From: Malacoraja senta
Lineage: Eukaryota
Direction of reading: 5' to 3'
Assembly (NCBI GenBank): GCA_038087875.1
Contig: CM075998.1
Coordinates: 2,108,001 to 2,172,000 of the forward strand
Length of the DNA: 64,000 nt
The first letter of the stretch is position 1. Each line of letters opens with the position of its first letter. Shown piece after piece: positions 59,373 through 64,000 of the stretch. The position numbers and the translations under genes were made by a program. The notes under the pieces were generated by a model. That model was not told where the DNA came from. It did no database searches and saw only the letters and a program-made list of their open reading frames with translations.

Positions 59373-62300
59373 TTAATTGATGTAATACACTGTCAATATC
59401 TTTCAGTGTTTCACAGAATGTGATTAAGTTCTTAAATAGCATTTTGCTTTTGTTCTGTATATCATCACACAGGTTCAGATACATAACCAAATACATCACT
59501 TTAATAATGATGTTCCAAAAGCCTAAATTGTAATTCTGCTATCATTAATTCTGAAATTTGGACGTTATCCTCTGAAGATATAGCCGATGCAACACAGCCG
59601 GAACTTTGATGGCAATTGATGGCCAGTGGCTTTGTGTACCTGTTACGGATTCAGATTACTTTATTGCCCTATATGCCAAGGTGCAATGAAATTCTTTGTT
59701 CACATGAAGCTCGCAAACAGTAATAATAAATACAGTCGCAAGAACAAGTGTAAAACGACAAACTGTCTAATTACTTGGCTACATTTTTCATTTATTGTCG
59801 CTAGCTTCAAAAGTTGATTTCATTCACCAAAATAAATGGGGAAGTGCGCCTGGAAAATCCTTGCAATATTTTCATGATATAAATATTGATTATTTTTTAT
59901 ATATACATCCTACAATAGGGTGTCAAGTTTGGTTGATCTGAGTGAGTAAATATGCTGCTTAAAAAAACAAAACATTTTTGCAATTCCAATCCAAGTATAT
60001 ATTTTTGAATGCGCCACTTGTTTATCTGCTTTCTGTTGTGCCAGAGGTAGATAAATATTTGCTAGTCCCTTGCATCTCTCTCCAAGTGAGAATTTAAATC
60101 TTGATTAGAAATTTGAAGAGAATACTGTTTTCCTCAAAGGTTCTATAACTGATAATTCACAGGTTTTGAAGGTGACAAAGGGAATTCAGTGCCGCTTGAT
60201 AGAAAAGTCTTAATGGGTAATCAGCCAGTATTGCAATGACAACTGGCTAACTTGTTTATTCCATTTGAGTTAATTTATTTCCTTTAATGAAGAAAGTCTC
60301 CTTTTTTTCCATGTGGTGTGTGAGCAACAAACCTGAAACTTTGTGGAGGATTATTAATAGAATAATTGATATTTACATTATTTGGTTTTAAATGTGCACT
60401 CCCTATGGCAGCAGTCCAGCTTATACTGTTCATTTTCTGAGAAATGATTCTTGCTTCCCGGTGAGCTCTGTTTTCAACCCTTCAGCCCTTTGGTAATGAA
60501 ATCCATTTTTAACTGCCACCCCTATAGTATGGCATTAATATAATCAATGAAACTTTGTCTAGAAACGAACTATGCAAAGAAGTGGTCGGAGAAGAGACAA
60601 GGAAACAATTCTATTTGTAATAGAAATGCACAATACTTGGTTTAGCTGGTATTCGGGAGGAGAATAGATTTTTGAATAGACTAATTACACTTTAATTAAG
60701 CTGCTTACACATTTGCCTTTCCCATTTTGGCAGTGCTGGTAATAGACAGTATTCTTCTTTACAATCCAAAACAATTCAAGCTTTAGATATAAATTGGCAT
60801 AACTAGAAAATGATGCCCTTCAGGGTGGCTTCTTATGAATAAAATTGCACAAAAGACACGGTAGAGTTGGGCAATGAATTGAAGAACTGCTCAATTCTAG
60901 AATTTGACCAAGTGAAATTTTGTAACCTCAGTTTCAATAATAAAAATTCCATTCTTGCAAAGATTTTTTAAAATATTTCTGAGGTTGAGTCTAAAGTGTG
61001 GATTAAGTTTATAAAATATATTTAAAATATGCCTGGTGGTTGAGAGATTGGAACCAAGAGCTTCAACCGTGTGAAAAAAATCTTGTGGCTCTATTTTACA
61101 GAGCAGACTGGTTCTTTGTCATGGCCAAATTTGATTCTTTAGCCAATGTACTACAACGGTTCGAGTCATTTATCTAATTGCTGTGTGACTGTTAAATTGC
61201 TTTGCATTAGTTGGCTATCGTGTTTCTCTATGTTACAAGACATCAAAAGGATTTTAAATACGATAATAATCCTTGGACCCAGAAGTCTTGAGAACTCTGC
61301 ATTTTTTATTGGCTTTAATAATCCACTGTATTTTGCTGAAAATTTACTTGAAATAAAAACGAGGTTTTAGCCTCTATTGATGAAACTCTTTATTCAAATT
61401 TAGTTGAGGAGTTTTCTGCTATGTTGTGCACAAATGTTGTATTTGACTAACTTCTACGATTTCTATTGAAGGCTGCTGGTTAGAGACCAGCGAGTTCAGA
61501 TATACAAAGATTTGAAGGTAACAGTTTTAAAATATGAAGCTCAATGGTTCCTGGGCAATAATATGCTTTGAGATGTAAGAGTGCAAAAGTGAGGAAGTTA
61601 AACTAAACCTAAATCCTTGGTTATGCCCTAAATGGAGTGCTGTGTGCTGTTCTGGGCACCATACTTGAACAAGGATGTTGAAGCCTCTGAAAAGAGATAT
61701 GGTGGAGCAAATGAAGCAATTCAGTTGTGTACAGAAACTTGAAGTTTTGTCTTGCATTATAGAATGTTATGGGGATATTTACAATATCTTAAACTATGAA
61801 GAGTTTTTATTAGAGTAAACTGCTTTGTCAGGAAGGTTGATAACGCAAGTGTGTAGCTTTAAGATTGTTGCCAAAGGAGGCAGTGAAAATATAAGAATGC
61901 ACTGTCATTAAAAGATAGAAGATTCAATAGTAGCCTTCAAAAAGGGAGTTGGATAAATACTTGTAAATAATTGCAGGCTCTGAGGAAGTTGGTGGAATTA
62001 ATTTTGAATTCTGTCAGAGCCAGTATGTGCATGGTTAAGCCGAATGGTTTCTTTGTCTTCTGTATGATTTCCAGAATATGACAGATTTCCAGAAATCATT
62101 TTTTCTTATAGCCTGAAGTTCCCAGCAGAAATTGTACTCCTCGTTACTACTTCAATAACCCCACCTTCCCAGCTGGCTGATAAACATTATCGATCTAATT
62201 TCACTGAATCCAAAACAGCATCAAGTATGAAAACTCTGGTCTTGAGCGTGCAGAGTTGTTTTTCGTTATTAAACTTGTTTTACTTCATATTTTCTCCAAC

Positions 62301-63440
62301 CTCCGGCACAGCATGCCTTGTAGTCAATGCCTACTATGTTCTGTTGTGCTGAAGCAAAGCAAGAATTTCATTGTCCTATCAGGGACACATGACAAGAAAC
62401 TCACTTGAACTTGAGCAGAAGAAATGAATGTAATTCAAGCCTGAAGGCTGGGTTTGGACAGTTTGCTTGTGGGTGTTGAAATTTGCCCATCCTTCTGGCA
62501 CTGCTGATATTCTGACGGTTCTTTGAAGATTGTTTATTCTTACAATGCTTTAAGTGCTTAATGTTTTTCATCTATAACAGAGGCCAGATGAATTTGACAG
62601 TGTCAGTGGAGATCTATCTATTAAAAGTAAAATATTAATTTATTGCCTTCAATATTGGCCTTCTAAGTCAATATCAGAAGCCTAACATCTATAAGCTGAT
62701 CTCTATTTTATCCTGCTAAATCCGATTATGATAGACTGGCGGCAAACTTGGAGTTAAAGGTAAATCCAGGTCTACAAACCTGCCGGCAATAAGCAGAAAC
62801 TGAATGTAACAGCAGGAATGCTGCCTGACTATTTACAGGCACTGAGCTTCAAAGCTTGTAGACCAGTATGAAACTGGCTTTTAACTTGCCCCTTTTCTTT
62901 CCTGATGTGTTGACATTTTGTGGGTCTACAGAAAGTTGTTTTTGTCTCTTCTGAAGCTGGTGTAAAGTTTCACAGGTGACAAGAGCAGCAACCTTGCAGT
63001 ATCTTGCAAAGTAGCCATTAATTGGATAATCCTGGACAGTAAACATCTCAAAGCTGCCTCATTTAATGTCCATGTGTACACATTCTACAGTGTCACTGCA
63101 CATCATTTGGAGTTGTGAGAAGTTGATATGATTTCTCACCCTACTCTGGGGCATGAGGACAAGTATAATCTGCTCTAACCTGATGAAAACCGTAAGCTTT
63201 ACATTCTTGCTCAGCAATGTCTATTACGCCACTAAATTACTGGCGGAAAGGAATAGGAACTTAAATAATTTATTCAAGGAGTATAAATACAGATTTTCAT
63301 GAGAAGATGTTTTTTGGTTCCAAAATCTATCAGAAGTGTTGAGACTATTCTTAACTTGTTTTTCTTTTTTAAATCCACTATCAATCTTCAAGATGCCTCC
63401 CTTCACCTTGCTATGTGGCAATAGATTGATTTAGGGTGAA

Positions 63441-64000
63441 GAGGGTGGCGCTTCTATGGCAGCCTCGCCTACAGTCTGTCTGTTCTTTTTGTCTTTTTTT
63501 TGTTATTTTTAGTGTGTTTAAAAAGTATATGTTAATGTTCACTGGTTTATTTTATGTGGGGGGTGGGCGGTGAGGTTGGGGGTAACTTTTTTCAATCTCT
63601 TACCTTGCCGGAGATTTTTGGATCGTATCTCTGGTTGCTCTGCGGCCTAACATCGTGCAGCTGGAGGCCTTGCTCGGGACTGACTTTGAGCCCCACCGCG
63701 GGGCATGGACTTGCAATCGGAACCGATCCCTTGCCTGGGATCGACGCTCCAACCGCGGCCTGCGGACTTTAACATCAAGGAGCTCGCAGTCTCTGGTTGA
63801 GACCGACGGCGGAAGCTCCAAAAGGCGCATGACGTTCGACTAGCCCCGACCCTGGGTAGATCGCCCGGTGTGGGGGAGCTGAGACTCCCCCCCCCCCCCC
63901 CCCCCGGATGCAGGAGCTTGATCGGCCCGCCGCCGGCTACGGGAGTAAGATCGTCCCGTCAATGGAAGGTTAGTGGCCCCCGACCGCTGGAGGACAAAGA
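63441..64000 (+). mobile_element. Young GC-rich interspersed repeat (runs off the window)
   Basis: Shares motifs with 8893-9505; CpG-rich with poly-C; lacks promoter motifs and a splice donor. Confidence 0.55.

Noticed and set aside
38200-64000. Naming the downstream gene IKZF4 or RAB5B by human synteny
   Set aside because: No coding exon matching either protein was found, and the gap makes adjacency uncertain.
1-64000. CRISPR array or prokaryotic operon
   Set aside because: No regularly spaced direct repeats; the sequence is intron- and retroposon-rich vertebrate DNA.

Overview
Vertebrate genomic DNA, most likely a cartilaginous fish such as a skate or ray. This is inferred from the repeat content: HE1/V-type, Deu-type and Meta-type SINEs plus CR1, Rex1/Babar, L2, RTE, L1/Tx1 and Penelope remnants. 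The only confidently identified gene is sulfite oxidase (SUOX, + strand): CpG promoter and non-coding exon 1 near 15.0-15.1 kb, coding exons 18806-18864, 22632-22824 and 24253-25695, about 564 aa. A 200-N scaffold gap lies about 280 bp after the stop. The SUOX promoter looks bidirectional, driving an unidentified spliced minus-strand transcript (exons 14815-14892 and 11823-11888). A second CpG/ETS promoter at 38.2-38.9 kb starts another unidentified + strand gene, for which only UTR-type exons are recognisable. The most interesting signal is RNA structure inside small repeats. (1) Two TSD-flanked ~140-bp retroposons (10936-11071, 31479-31623) begin exactly with a minimal, P4-less HDV-like ribozyme fold whose active-site loop matches the mammalian CPEB3 ribozyme. 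(2) An abundant ~100-180-bp TSD-flanked Penelope-derived element carries a minimal type I hammerhead motif. All folds and family names were read by eye; no search or folding program was run.
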